From: Methylacidimicrobium fagopyrum
Lineage (GTDB): Bacteria > Verrucomicrobiota > Verrucomicrobiia > Limisphaerales > UBA11358
Reading direction: 5' to 3'
NCBI GenBank assembly: GCA_026225255.1
Contig: JAMFSJ010000018.1
Span: forward strand, 2,934 to 66,933
DNA: 64,000 bases
Both the position numbers and the translations under genes were made by a program. Positions 43,621-52,054 of this stretch are shown here, one piece after another. The stretch's first letter is position 1. The number at the start of each line of letters is the position of its first letter. The notes beneath the pieces are model-generated. The model had not been told where the DNA came from. It saw only the letters and a list, made by a program, of their open reading frames with translations, and did no database searches.

Positions 43621-45588
43621 TCAGGATTTCACCGTCGTGATTTGCGTTTTGGCTTGGGTGATATCGGCTTGGAATTTTTCGGCGCACTTAGGGCACATAC
43701 CGTGGGAGAAATTGGCGTCGGTATGGTCGCGGACAAATTGTTCGACCGTTTGCCAGTAGCCTTCGTCCGAGCGGACATTTTTGCACCAGCCACAAATGGG
43801 GATCATGCCGGACAAGCTTTTCACCTGCGCGAGCGCGTGTTGTAGTTCGCCGATGAGTTTTTCGCGTTCCGCTTCGATCCGTTTGCGTTCGGAAATATTT
43901 TCCATTTGCGAGACGAAATAGAGCGGCTGGTGGTTTTGGCTGCGCACCAAGGCGACGCGCAATAGCGCAAAGACGGTCGTGCCGTCCTTATGGAAATAAC
44001 GCTTTTCCATCTGATAAGTCGGAATCTCGCCCGCGAGGATTTGGCGGACGAATTCCAGATTTTGCGGCAGGTCGCCAGGATGGGTGAGGCGTTGGAAATC
44101 GGCTGCTAATAATTCAATTTCGGAATAGCCGAGCATGTCGCACACGGCGCGGTTGACCTTGATCCAACGGCCTTGCGGACTGACGATGGCCATGCCGATG
44201 GGCGCGTTATCGAGCGCGAGGCGAAAACGTTCTTCACTCTCGCGCAGGTGTTCTTCTGTCTGCCGCCGTTGCCGCAGCTCGCGGCTGGTCATCTGGTTGG
44301 CAAATAATAATAACAGCGCAGCGGTCACGCTGCTGAGTCCGAGCAGTTGCGCGGCGCTGTCGGAATTCTTTTTTTCGAGCACGGCGTGGGCGTCCAATAT
44401 TTTTTGTTGTTCGCCGATGAATATTTTTAAAATATCCCGCGCTTGGCCGAAAACGCGCCAATTTTCACCGGTAGCATCCATTTTGGCGACCGCAGGCGCG
44501 CCCTGTTCTCGGTAGCCGGCAATAACCTGTTGGTCATAGGAAAAAACGGCGGCCAGCGCCGCGGTGAGTTTTTTTAAGTGCTGCTGTTGCTGGGGATTAT
44601 TTTCGGTGGATTGAAAAAGTTCCGCCAATAATCGCGGTTCGCTGGCCGTGCTGGCTTGGGATAAGGCCAGACTCTTCGGATCGCCGGACGTGACATAGAC
44701 GCGCACGGTGTGTTGCAAATCAATGAGCTGATCTTCAAACGCCTGCGCCTTCAGCAACGCTTGCAACGTGTGCCCGCGCCAGTAAGTGGTGCGTTTCAAC
44801 TGCAGCAGATTCACCGCCGAAATAAAAGCGATGATGAGCATCAACGTCAGGGCACTGGTGATCGGCAACCAGCGGAGAAAATTAAAATTTTCGGGTCGCG
44901 TCGCCAGCCACGCCCAAGCCAGCAAACCGCCGCCCAATAAAAGGAGCGCGAGGGAACTATTCAGCGTCATCTGGGAAGCACCCCAACTGTAAGCCACTTC
45001 GATGTCGAACAAATAGCCAACCAAGGCGAGACCCGCAATCACGGTGACGATACACGCCAGCAAGCCCGCCGCCGCCAACCGGTAAGACCACGTTTGCCGG
45101 GCGCCCGCCACGCTGAGGCCCAAGCCGATTAAAATAAAGCAGGCCGATGTGAGCAAAGACATCCGACTCAGATTCGCCGGAATCAATTCTAAATTTGCAA
45201 CGTGAAAAGGCTGGTCAATGTGCAACTCGTAACTGATGGCATATTGCACGCCGACTAAGCCCGCAAACGCCACCACGCCGAGGCCCAGCCACGAAGCCAT
45301 TTTCACCTGTCGCGTCGTTAACAACAACAAGCCCACACTGGCAATGATGAAGCAAAGCGTGGTGTTGTAATGCATCGGTGAATTGTTCGGCAGCAGTGGC
45401 AACACAGCTCGCCCGTGCCCATTAAGCAGCGCCAAGCTGCCAGAGAGAATGAGGAGGATGCTGACAATTCGAGGAAAGTGACGAACCGGTGGTAAGTCAG
45501 CGCAGCGTTTTAAAAAAGAATGCTCCGGCATGGTTACAACAAGCAACTTTGCTTGCGCCCAACCTACAACAGCCGCCACCATCGGCAA
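43621..45588 (-). CDS. membrane sensor protein: multi-TM region, CHASE3-like segment, PAS domain, coiled coil and a C-terminal four-Cys tail (no kinase domain)
   Basis: 655 aa (an alternative start MPEHSF is at 45531). It has a PAS block (FRLALDNAPIGMAIVSPQGRWIKVN...) and ends IPICGWCKNVRSDEGYWQTVEQFVRDHTDANFSHGMCPKCAEKF. Confidence 0.75.
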   Translation of the reverse strand: MPMVAAVVGWAQAKLLVVTMPEHSFLKRCADLPPVRHFPRIVSILLILSGSLALLNGHGRAVLPLLPNNSPMHYNTTLCFIIASVGLLLLTTRQVKMASWLGLGVVAFAGLVGVQYAISYELHIDQPFHVANLELIPANLSRMSLLTSACFILIGLGLSVAGARQTWSYRLAAAGLLACIVTVIAGLALVGYLFDIEVAYSWGASQMTLNSSLALLLLGGGLLAWAWLATRPENFNFLRWLPITSALTLMLIIAFISAVNLLQLKRTTYWRGHTLQALLKAQAFEDQLIDLQHTVRVYVTSGDPKSLALSQASTASEPRLLAELFQSTENNPQQQQHLKKLTAALAAVFSYDQQVIAGYREQGAPAVAKMDATGENWRVFGQARDILKIFIGEQQKILDAHAVLEKKNSDSAAQLLGLSSVTAALLLLFANQMTSRELRQRRQTEEHLRESEERFRLALDNAPIGMAIVSPQGRWIKVNRAVCDMLGYSEIELLAADFQRLTHPGDLPQNLEFVRQILAGEIPTYQMEKRYFHKDGTTVFALLRVALVRSQNHQPLYFVSQMENISERKRIEAEREKLIGELQHALAQVKSLSGMIPICGWCKNVRSDEGYWQTVEQFVRDHTDANFSHGMCPKCAEKFQADITQAKTQITTVKS

Positions 45589-45656
45589 GAAGGAACATCA
45601 GTAAAAATTATTCAAAGAATCAGATATTCGTTGTAAGTTAATAATAATCAACTACT

Positions 45657-47129
45657 TCAACGCCATAAATGTTTTGGATATTTTCGCGCTAATTCGGGTT
45701 TTATTTTCGGATATTGGTCGCGCCAAAAGCTCGCCAAATCCTGCGTCACCTGGATCGGCTTCATGCCTGGCGTCAAAATATGCACCGTCACCGGCACGCG
45801 ACCGAGCGCGATTTTGGGCGTTTGGTTCACATCGTAAAGTTCCTGGATGCGCAATGAAATGAACGGCGAACGGCCATTCTCATAATTCACTTTTGGCGTG
45901 CGGCCGTTCGGCAGCGTCAATCGTTCCGGCGCATGTTTGTCGAGCAACTCGCGTTGCGCGTGCGAAAGCCACGACATGACGACGGGTTTTACTTCGCGTT
46001 CCTTGATGTCTTTGTAACTCACCGCGCCGTGGCACAATTCTTCGATGATGGACTTCTTGTCGTCCTCGCCGATAGCGGGCAGTTGCAAATCTGCGCATTC
46101 CTTGCACAATAAATTTAAGCGCGCGAGCCACTGCTCCACATGATGATCCCAATTTGGCAACAGCAAACGTCCGGCTAAAATTTCATGCGCCAGCAGTTGC
46201 GCGGCGGCATCAGCCGGCGGCGGATCAATCCGTTTTGCGGCGAGTGCAAGGTCGCGAAACCGCAACATTTCCGCAGCCAGCACGCGTTTTTGTTGCGCGT
46301 CAAATTCAACGTGCAATTGAGATTTAACATCGTCCGGAAACAATTCGCGCAGCCAGTCGGCCTCGATTGCCGTGGCCAGCGAGAGAATGGTATTCACTTC
46401 GCGGTCGCGACCTTCGACCTCGCGGATTTCCGCCACGACGAACAACGGGCTTTGCTGAACCTTGCTTTCACGCGCGAGCACGCCGCGTCTCCCGTGCACG
46501 AGTTCGCAGCGCAACGTGCCTTGATCCAGCCGTCGCGCCACACGATCACTAAAGCCGATGAGGATGCATTTCTGCAATGCCTCGTCCTTCACTTCGCGTG
46601 GCTGCGTGTCGAGCCCTTCCTGTTTCGCGATGCGCAGAAATTGATCGAACAACGGCCCAACTTGCTTGGCCGTGACGGCGTGGATGCCCAGTTGACGGCA
46701 AACATCCATGCGAAATTGATTTTTCGCCGCATAATTCCACGCCCGCATCAGCGTCCAGAAATCGGAGTTCGCTTTTTCGCCGAACAGATCATCGCGTGCG
46801 GAATCAACATCCTTGCCGCAGTTGCGCAACAACAGATCGCGTCCTTGCGTGAGCGCGGCGACAAGGCACGCCTGATGCACGCAGCCGTATTCCTGCGCGG
46901 CGAGCAGCATGCGCGCGTAACGCGGGTGCAACGGAAACGCGAGCATCTTGCGCCCGATCGGCGTGATGTGCAGCATTTGTAGCGGCGCTCTGTGAGCGCC
47001 GTCACCCGAGCGGTCATAGACCGCCGCTACAGTTTTCAACGCACCTAAATCCGTGAGCAATTCTTCCGCGTGCGTGAGCGAAATTTCATCCGGCTTTTCG
47101 AGCCAGCGAAATTTTCGCAAATCTTCCAC
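45657..47129 (-). CDS. hrpB: ATP-dependent helicase HrpB, C-terminal fragment (HA2 + HrpB C-terminal region); frame-shifted relative to the N-terminal fragment
   Basis: 490 aa. Starts ...EDLRKFRWLEKPDEISLTHAEELLTDLGAL and ends ...YPKHLWR, as in E. coli HrpB (YPKHVWP). It overlaps the upstream ORF by 85 nt in a different frame. Confidence 0.8.
   Translation of the reverse strand: MEDLRKFRWLEKPDEISLTHAEELLTDLGALKTVAAVYDRSGDGAHRAPLQMLHITPIGRKMLAFPLHPRYARMLLAAQEYGCVHQACLVAALTQGRDLLLRNCGKDVDSARDDLFGEKANSDFWTLMRAWNYAAKNQFRMDVCRQLGIHAVTAKQVGPLFDQFLRIAKQEGLDTQPREVKDEALQKCILIGFSDRVARRLDQGTLRCELVHGRRGVLARESKVQQSPLFVVAEIREVEGRDREVNTILSLATAIEADWLRELFPDDVKSQLHVEFDAQQKRVLAAEMLRFRDLALAAKRIDPPPADAAAQLLAHEILAGRLLLPNWDHHVEQWLARLNLLCKECADLQLPAIGEDDKKSIIEELCHGAVSYKDIKEREVKPVVMSWLSHAQRELLDKHAPERLTLPNGRTPKVNYENGRSPFISLRIQELYDVNQTPKIALGRVPVTVHILTPGMKPIQVTQDLASFWRDQYPKIKPELARKYPKHLWR
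46978..47031. repeat. 54-nt palindromic segment inside hrpB
   Basis: TGTAGCGGCG (46978-46987) pairs with CGCCGCTACA (47022-47031). Inner hairpins: CGGCGCTC-tgt-GAGCGCCG (46983-47001) and GCGGTC-ata-GACCGC (47010-47024). Confidence 0.8.
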
Positions 47130-48313
47130 GTCGCCGCTTTCAAGGTCAGCACGACTTCTGACAAATCGAGTCGGCGGATTTCCGGCATCTCGTGCGGCAC
47201 GCGTTCATCATGTTCCGAACGCGACCACAACCGGATACATTTTCCCGGCGCAGTGCGGCCGGCGCGCCCCGTTCGTTGATCCGCATTCGCCTGCGAAATC
47301 TTTTCAATGAGCAACGTGTTAAGGCCGCGATTCGCATCGTAACGCGCAATGCGGGCGAGGCCGGAATCAATCACCAACCGCACGCCATCAATCGTGATGG
47401 AGGTTTCCGCCACGTTCGTGGCCACGACCACTTTCCGCTGTTCGTAGCGCGCCACTGCCGCGTCCTGATCGCGCGGCGTCAATTCGCCATGCAACGGCAA
47501 AACAATAAAACCTTTCGCCTCGGACGTGTGCCGAATGGCTTCGATGGTTTGCGAAATCTCAAATCCGCCCGGCATGAAAACAAGCACGTCGCCGGTGCCG
47601 CCATCATTGATGAAGCGTGAAAATTCCTGCGCCGCCAATTCCCAAACCGGTGGGCCGTTCAGGCCGACACGATGCGGTAAATATTCCACTTCCACCGGAA
47701 ACGTGCGGCCTTCGGAGGCGAGCGTGGCGCAACGGGGAGCGCTGATCGACTGATCGCCTAGCGGGTCGTTTTTTGCGAGCCGATCCGGAGATCGGCGCTC
47801 TGACAAATACCGTTCCAGTTCGCCTGCGTTCAACGTTGCCGACATCACCGCCAGCATCAGATCAGGCCGATGTTGCTCCTGCTGATCCAACGCCTGCGCC
47901 AACGTGATGTCGCCGTAAAGATGACGCTCATGAAATTCGTCGAAGAGAATCGCCGAGACACCGCGTAATTGCGGATCATCGATCATCTGCCGCAACAAAA
48001 CACCTTCTGTGACGAAACGAATTTTCGTTCTCGCCGACGTGACATTTTCAAACCGAATTTGATAACCGACTTCTTCGCCCAGTTTCACGCCCAGTTCCGA
48101 CGCCACGCGCGCCGCCAATAATCGCGCCGCCAGCCGACGCGGTTGCAACACGACGACCTGGCCGTTGCCGAGTAAACCATGTTTCAAAAGCATCTGTGGC
48201 ACTTGCGTGGATTTTCCGGAGCCAGTCGGCGCGGACAAAATCAAACGACGATCCGTCTTCAAACGCGCGATGAGTTCGCGTTCGATTTCGTAAATAGGCA
48301 AACGTTCAGACAT
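47045..48313 (-). CDS. hrpB: ATP-dependent helicase HrpB, N-terminal fragment (DEAH helicase core)
   Basis: ORF 47045..48322; the ATG at 48313 gives MSERLPIY. Motifs: Walker A (APTGSGKST), DEFHER, SATL and QRTGRAGR. The frame leaves the HrpB sequence after ...LSEVVLTLKAA. Confidence 0.85.
   Translation of the reverse strand: MSERLPIYEIERELIARLKTDRRLILSAPTGSGKSTQVPQMLLKHGLLGNGQVVVLQPRRLAARLLAARVASELGVKLGEEVGYQIRFENVTSARTKIRFVTEGVLLRQMIDDPQLRGVSAILFDEFHERHLYGDITLAQALDQQEQHRPDLMLAVMSATLNAGELERYLSERRSPDRLAKNDPLGDQSISAPRCATLASEGRTFPVEVEYLPHRVGLNGPPVWELAAQEFSRFINDGGTGDVLVFMPGGFEISQTIEAIRHTSEAKGFIVLPLHGELTPRDQDAAVARYEQRKVVVATNVAETSITIDGVRLVIDSGLARIARYDANRGLNTLLIEKISQANADQRTGRAGRTAPGKCIRLWSRSEHDERVPHEMPEIRRLDLSEVVLTLKAATWKICENFAGSKSRMKFRSRTRKNCSRI
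47737..47800. repeat. 64-nt palindromic segment inside hrpB
   Basis: GAGCGCTGATC (47737-47747) pairs with GATCGGCGCTC (47790-47800) at 10 of 11 positions. Inner hairpin: GCCGATC-cgga-GATCGGC (47779-47796). Confidence 0.7.
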
Positions 48314-48450
48314 GGAGCGCAAAGATTAACCATTCAGAAAGCGTTGGAAAAACAATTTGATGCGGCGTGCGCGGACGTGTCCGCGCGCTCCCAAGGTTGA
48401 CCCGCAAATCGCCGTTGGCTTTTGGCGGCGTGCCTGTTAATTTTCGCGCC

Positions 48451-49365
48451 ATGTCCGCGTCTGCCAGTCCAACCCCATCGAAGGTGCAGGTTTTTCTGCG
48501 CCGCTCGGTTTCCACCCTCGTGCTTTGGGCCGTCATTCTGTGCGCGATGTTTTCCCCTAATCACCTTATTTCCAACGGCGTGTTTGTGTTGCTCATCGCG
48601 ACGCTGGCACTGGCGGGATTGGTGGAGTTTTACGGCATGGTAGAAAAGCGCGGGCTGGCGTGCTTTAAATATTCCGGGCTCGTCGGCGGTGGCTTATTAA
48701 TGGTCGGAACATTTTTGAATGTCACCGGTCATCTCGGCACGTCGGGTTCGCCCGCGCGCGTGAATGATTTTGAAACGAGCTTTCTGATTTTATTTGTGCT
48801 GGGACTTTGCGTGCGTCAGTTTCTCGCCAAAGATAATTCCGCTGGCATCACCGCCATCGCGGTGACCTTGCTCGGGCTGATGTATGTGCCGTGGTTGTTG
48901 AATTTCATTCAGAAGATCAATTTCTTTCCCGGCCTCGGTGGAGATGGGAAATTCTACGTTTTCTATTTTATCCTGCTGACAAAATTCAGCGACATGGGCG
49001 CCTATCTCGTGGGCTCGCTCATCGGCAAACACAAGATGATTCCACGGATCAGTCCGGCTAAAACGTGGGAAGGTTTTGGGGGCGCCATTGTGGTTTCGAC
49101 CGGCGCAAGTCTGGCGTTCGTGCATTTTTTTGGCAGCCACATGCTCGGTATGAACACGCTCCACGCGGTCATTCTCGGCGTGGTTTTAAGTTCGACGGCG
49201 GTGATCGGCGACTTGATTGAATCGCTCTTCAAGCGCGAGGCGGGCGTAAAAGATTCTGGTAAATTTTTCCCCGGTATCGGTGGCATCTTGGATTTGCTCG
49301 ACAGCCTTTTATTCAATGCGCCGATTATGTATTTGTATCTGCGCCATATCCTAACGCATCCTTAA
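48451..49365 (+). CDS. cdsA: phosphatidate cytidylyltransferase
   Basis: ORF 48367..49365; the ATG at 48451 gives MSASASP. It is multi-TM with the signature SDMGAYLVGSLIGKHKM...ISPAKTWEG. Confidence 0.85.
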   Translation: MSASASPTPSKVQVFLRRSVSTLVLWAVILCAMFSPNHLISNGVFVLLIATLALAGLVEFYGMVEKRGLACFKYSGLVGGGLLMVGTFLNVTGHLGTSGSPARVNDFETSFLILFVLGLCVRQFLAKDNSAGITAIAVTLLGLMYVPWLLNFIQKINFFPGLGGDGKFYVFYFILLTKFSDMGAYLVGSLIGKHKMIPRISPAKTWEGFGGAIVVSTGASLAFVHFFGSHMLGMNTLHAVILGVVLSSTAVIGDLIESLFKREAGVKDSGKFFPGIGGILDLLDSLLFNAPIMYLYLRHILTHP

Positions 49366-49484
49366 AAGGGATTTTAGCGACCGTGGAATAAGGGCAATCA
49401 AGTAAACAACGACTTCGGCCCGCGTTTCACAAATTAACGGGCGGCAAACCGTTTTCCCCTCCGTATTTCTACGTCTATCCGCCA

Positions 49485-50243
49485 TTAAATTAATTTTCGT
49501 AACGCACCGTCGGCGCCCATTTCAGCGACCACCTCGCAAATGTCACGTTGCAGACAAAATGCGACGTCCGCGTGCAGTTCAGGAATTGCCAGTAAACGCC
49601 GCGCGTTTTGTGAGGAGCAAAAAGTCGTTGATAAATCGGTCTGGGCCGATCGAAAAGTTCGCCGCGCGATCTCCGTCGAATCGGACAAGGCGGGTTGAGC
49701 ATTCACGTTCATGGTTAACAATTCCGCCAAAGCACCGGCCGCCAAAACATCTTCCAATGCCACGCCTTCGCCGGTTCCGGCGCAAACCAGTAAGACTTCT
49801 GTAAAATTATTTTGCCGTAGAAAATCCGCGGTCGCGGCCAGATTCAAAAACGACGACGCCAAAACCGATTTCGCACCGATACAAGCCCGCAACGCGCGCG
49901 TGCCGTTGGTCGTGGTGCTGGCGATTGTCTGGCTGCGAATTTTTTCCGGCGTGAACTCACGCGGCGAATTGCCGAAATCAAAATCTGTGCCGCCAGATTG
50001 CGCGGCGCTAATTTTTACGCCGTCACGTTCGCCCGCGAGCAAAAGGTTCGGCTGTTGTTGACGCAAGGCGACGGCCTCTGAAATTTCACTGACGGGAATG
50101 ATCGCCGTTGCGCCATGGTGCAGCGCGGTGACAAATGTGCTCGTCGCCCGCAAAACGTCGAACACAACACAAGCCGTCGCGCGCAGATCGCGTTGCGCGA
50201 GCGCGGGTAATTCCGCTGGCGTTAGGAGGGTTTCAATTTTCAT
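49485..50243 (-). CDS. comB: 2-phosphosulfolactate phosphatase family protein
   Basis: 252 aa with a VVFDVLRATSTFVTAL block typical of the ComB family. Confidence 0.8.
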   Translation of the reverse strand: MKIETLLTPAELPALAQRDLRATACVVFDVLRATSTFVTALHHGATAIIPVSEISEAVALRQQQPNLLLAGERDGVKISAAQSGGTDFDFGNSPREFTPEKIRSQTIASTTTNGTRALRACIGAKSVLASSFLNLAATADFLRQNNFTEVLLVCAGTGEGVALEDVLAAGALAELLTMNVNAQPALSDSTEIARRTFRSAQTDLSTTFCSSQNARRLLAIPELHADVAFCLQRDICEVVAEMGADGALRKLI

Positions 50244-51379
50244 GGGGTGTGCGCGCGACTGTCAAAAGCAATGGATTGATCATAAATATACCAATGATAT
50301 TCCTGGGCGATGACTTTGAGAATGTCTTTGATCGTGCTCGAATTATCATTGGCATTTATCAAGATCACTGCGCCGTTTCCCGCCGTGGCGGAAGCCATCA
50401 TAAACGCATCAAAACCGGCATTGCGTCCATCGTGCCAGAACCGCAACGTTTTTTCATGGCCACTGAGAAATAATCCCAACCCGTCGTTATTTTTCTGACT
50501 GGTTAGCATCGTGCGCGTCATGGCTGTTGACAGAACCGGATTAGAATCACCGGCGAAGGACTGTTGGATGTGGATGGCAAAACGAGCCAGATCGGAAGCC
50601 GTCGTCCATAAGCCCGCCGCGGCCATTTCGGGATAAACGTGCCAGCGTCCGTCGACGGCTTTTCCGTTCGCATAATAACCCGTCGCCGCGAGCGCCCGCA
50701 AATTCTGCGGCAATGGTTGCTCGTAGGTGCTGTTCGTCAGGCCCAACGGTTTTAAAACCGTCTCTTGCATGAATTCTGGAAATGGCTTTCCCGTCACATC
50801 GATGACCATTTGTTGCATCACAGTGTAGCCGCCGCCGGAATATCTCCATTCGCTGCCGGGAATAATATTTACCTGAACGGCGGAGGTATTTGCCGGCTTA
50901 ACGCCATCCAGCACATTGGTAAGCGCGGGCAGGGGATCCGTGATTGCATAGCCCGGAAAGCCGTGAATCGTCAAACCGGCGCTATGACTTAAAATGCCAC
51001 GCAAAGTGACTTTTTTGTCTTTCGTAAAATCATTTTCCGGAACTTTCCAACTACGTAATTCTGTGTTCACATCGGCATCCAGGGACAAGCGGCCGGCTTC
51101 AACTAAATGAAGGGCACCGAACGCCGCCAAAGATTTGCTGATGGATCCGGCTTGAAATAGCGTGGTCGGCAGGACGGGCGTTTTATGGTTTTTATCGGTG
51201 AAGCCATAGCTCTCAACTTTGACGATCTTACCATTCTGAATGATCGCGAGCGATAGGCCGGCAATGTCACGTTCCTGCATCCGATGAGTGATGAAATTAT
51301 CCAATTCATCCGCGTGGGCAGTCATAAAAAGTGTGCCGGCCATATAGATTGCGAGCCAATAAATAGTTTTTCCAGCCAT
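50240..51379 (-). CDS. serine hydrolase (beta-lactamase / class C-like family)
   Basis: ORF 50240..51439 opens with TTG. The ATG at 51379 gives the signal-like MAGKTIYWLAIYMAGTLFMTAHA. It has an SxxK motif (GSISKS). Confidence 0.8.
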   Translation of the reverse strand: MAGKTIYWLAIYMAGTLFMTAHADELDNFITHRMQERDIAGLSLAIIQNGKIVKVESYGFTDKNHKTPVLPTTLFQAGSISKSLAAFGALHLVEAGRLSLDADVNTELRSWKVPENDFTKDKKVTLRGILSHSAGLTIHGFPGYAITDPLPALTNVLDGVKPANTSAVQVNIIPGSEWRYSGGGYTVMQQMVIDVTGKPFPEFMQETVLKPLGLTNSTYEQPLPQNLRALAATGYYANGKAVDGRWHVYPEMAAAGLWTTASDLARFAIHIQQSFAGDSNPVLSTAMTRTMLTSQKNNDGLGLFLSGHEKTLRFWHDGRNAGFDAFMMASATAGNGAVILINANDNSSTIKDILKVIAQEYHWYIYDQSIAFDSRAHTP

Positions 51380-51435
51380 CCCCAGACAAAGTTGGGAGGT
51401 CGCATTACAAAACTCCGAGCTGACGAGCGGTATTT

Positions 51436-51951
51436 TCAAAGCAATAGCCGGGCAATTTCATCCCATGAATGCACGCGTTGATGATGTTTGGGATTCGCGC
51501 TGTGATTATGCGGCTGGGTGAAGAGCAACGTGCGACCTTCAAAGTAATCAAGATTTTTGAAATGGTCGTCGATCATGATGTCGCCGCGAACGATTTTTTT
51601 GGAGCCGCAGAAAACGATCTGATGCCAGGTGATGAAGGGGAAATGTTCCGCCAACCACGCGATTTTTTCGACGAGGCTGGTCGGATATTCCGTCGCGGCG
51701 GAGACAATGTATAAATCGTATTGGCGATTCAAGCGTTCCAAAACTTCCGGGCTGTTGCCGATGACCGGCGCATCGCGGAAAAAACCGGGCAGCAAAATAT
51801 GTTCGTTCGAGCGCGGCGAAATTTCCAACTCTGACTTGTCCAAAGTTTCCGCCAACGTTTTCCGCCGTTTCGTATCGCGTTCGTCAAACGCCAAAAACTG
51901 GGCGTGCGCATCCGCCAAAACTCCATCCATATCGACAATCAATCGTTGCAT
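51436..51951 (-). CDS. 5'(3')-deoxyribonucleotidase-like HAD phosphatase
   Basis: The long ORF 51436..52263 overlaps the next gene. The ATG at 51951 gives MQRLIVDMDGVLAD (HAD motif I), a 171-aa product. Confidence 0.75.
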   Translation of the reverse strand: MQRLIVDMDGVLADAHAQFLAFDERDTKRRKTLAETLDKSELEISPRSNEHILLPGFFRDAPVIGNSPEVLERLNRQYDLYIVSAATEYPTSLVEKIAWLAEHFPFITWHQIVFCGSKKIVRGDIMIDDHFKNLDYFEGRTLLFTQPHNHSANPKHHQRVHSWDEIARLLL

Positions 51952-52054
51952 CGCAGCATGAAAGCCGAAGGGGAAATTTCTGTCCAGCGTGAAGGCGCTG
52001 GGATGGTTTCTTGGCCCACGCCGGGCAAGGCCTGTCACTCGGACAGCTTGCGCT

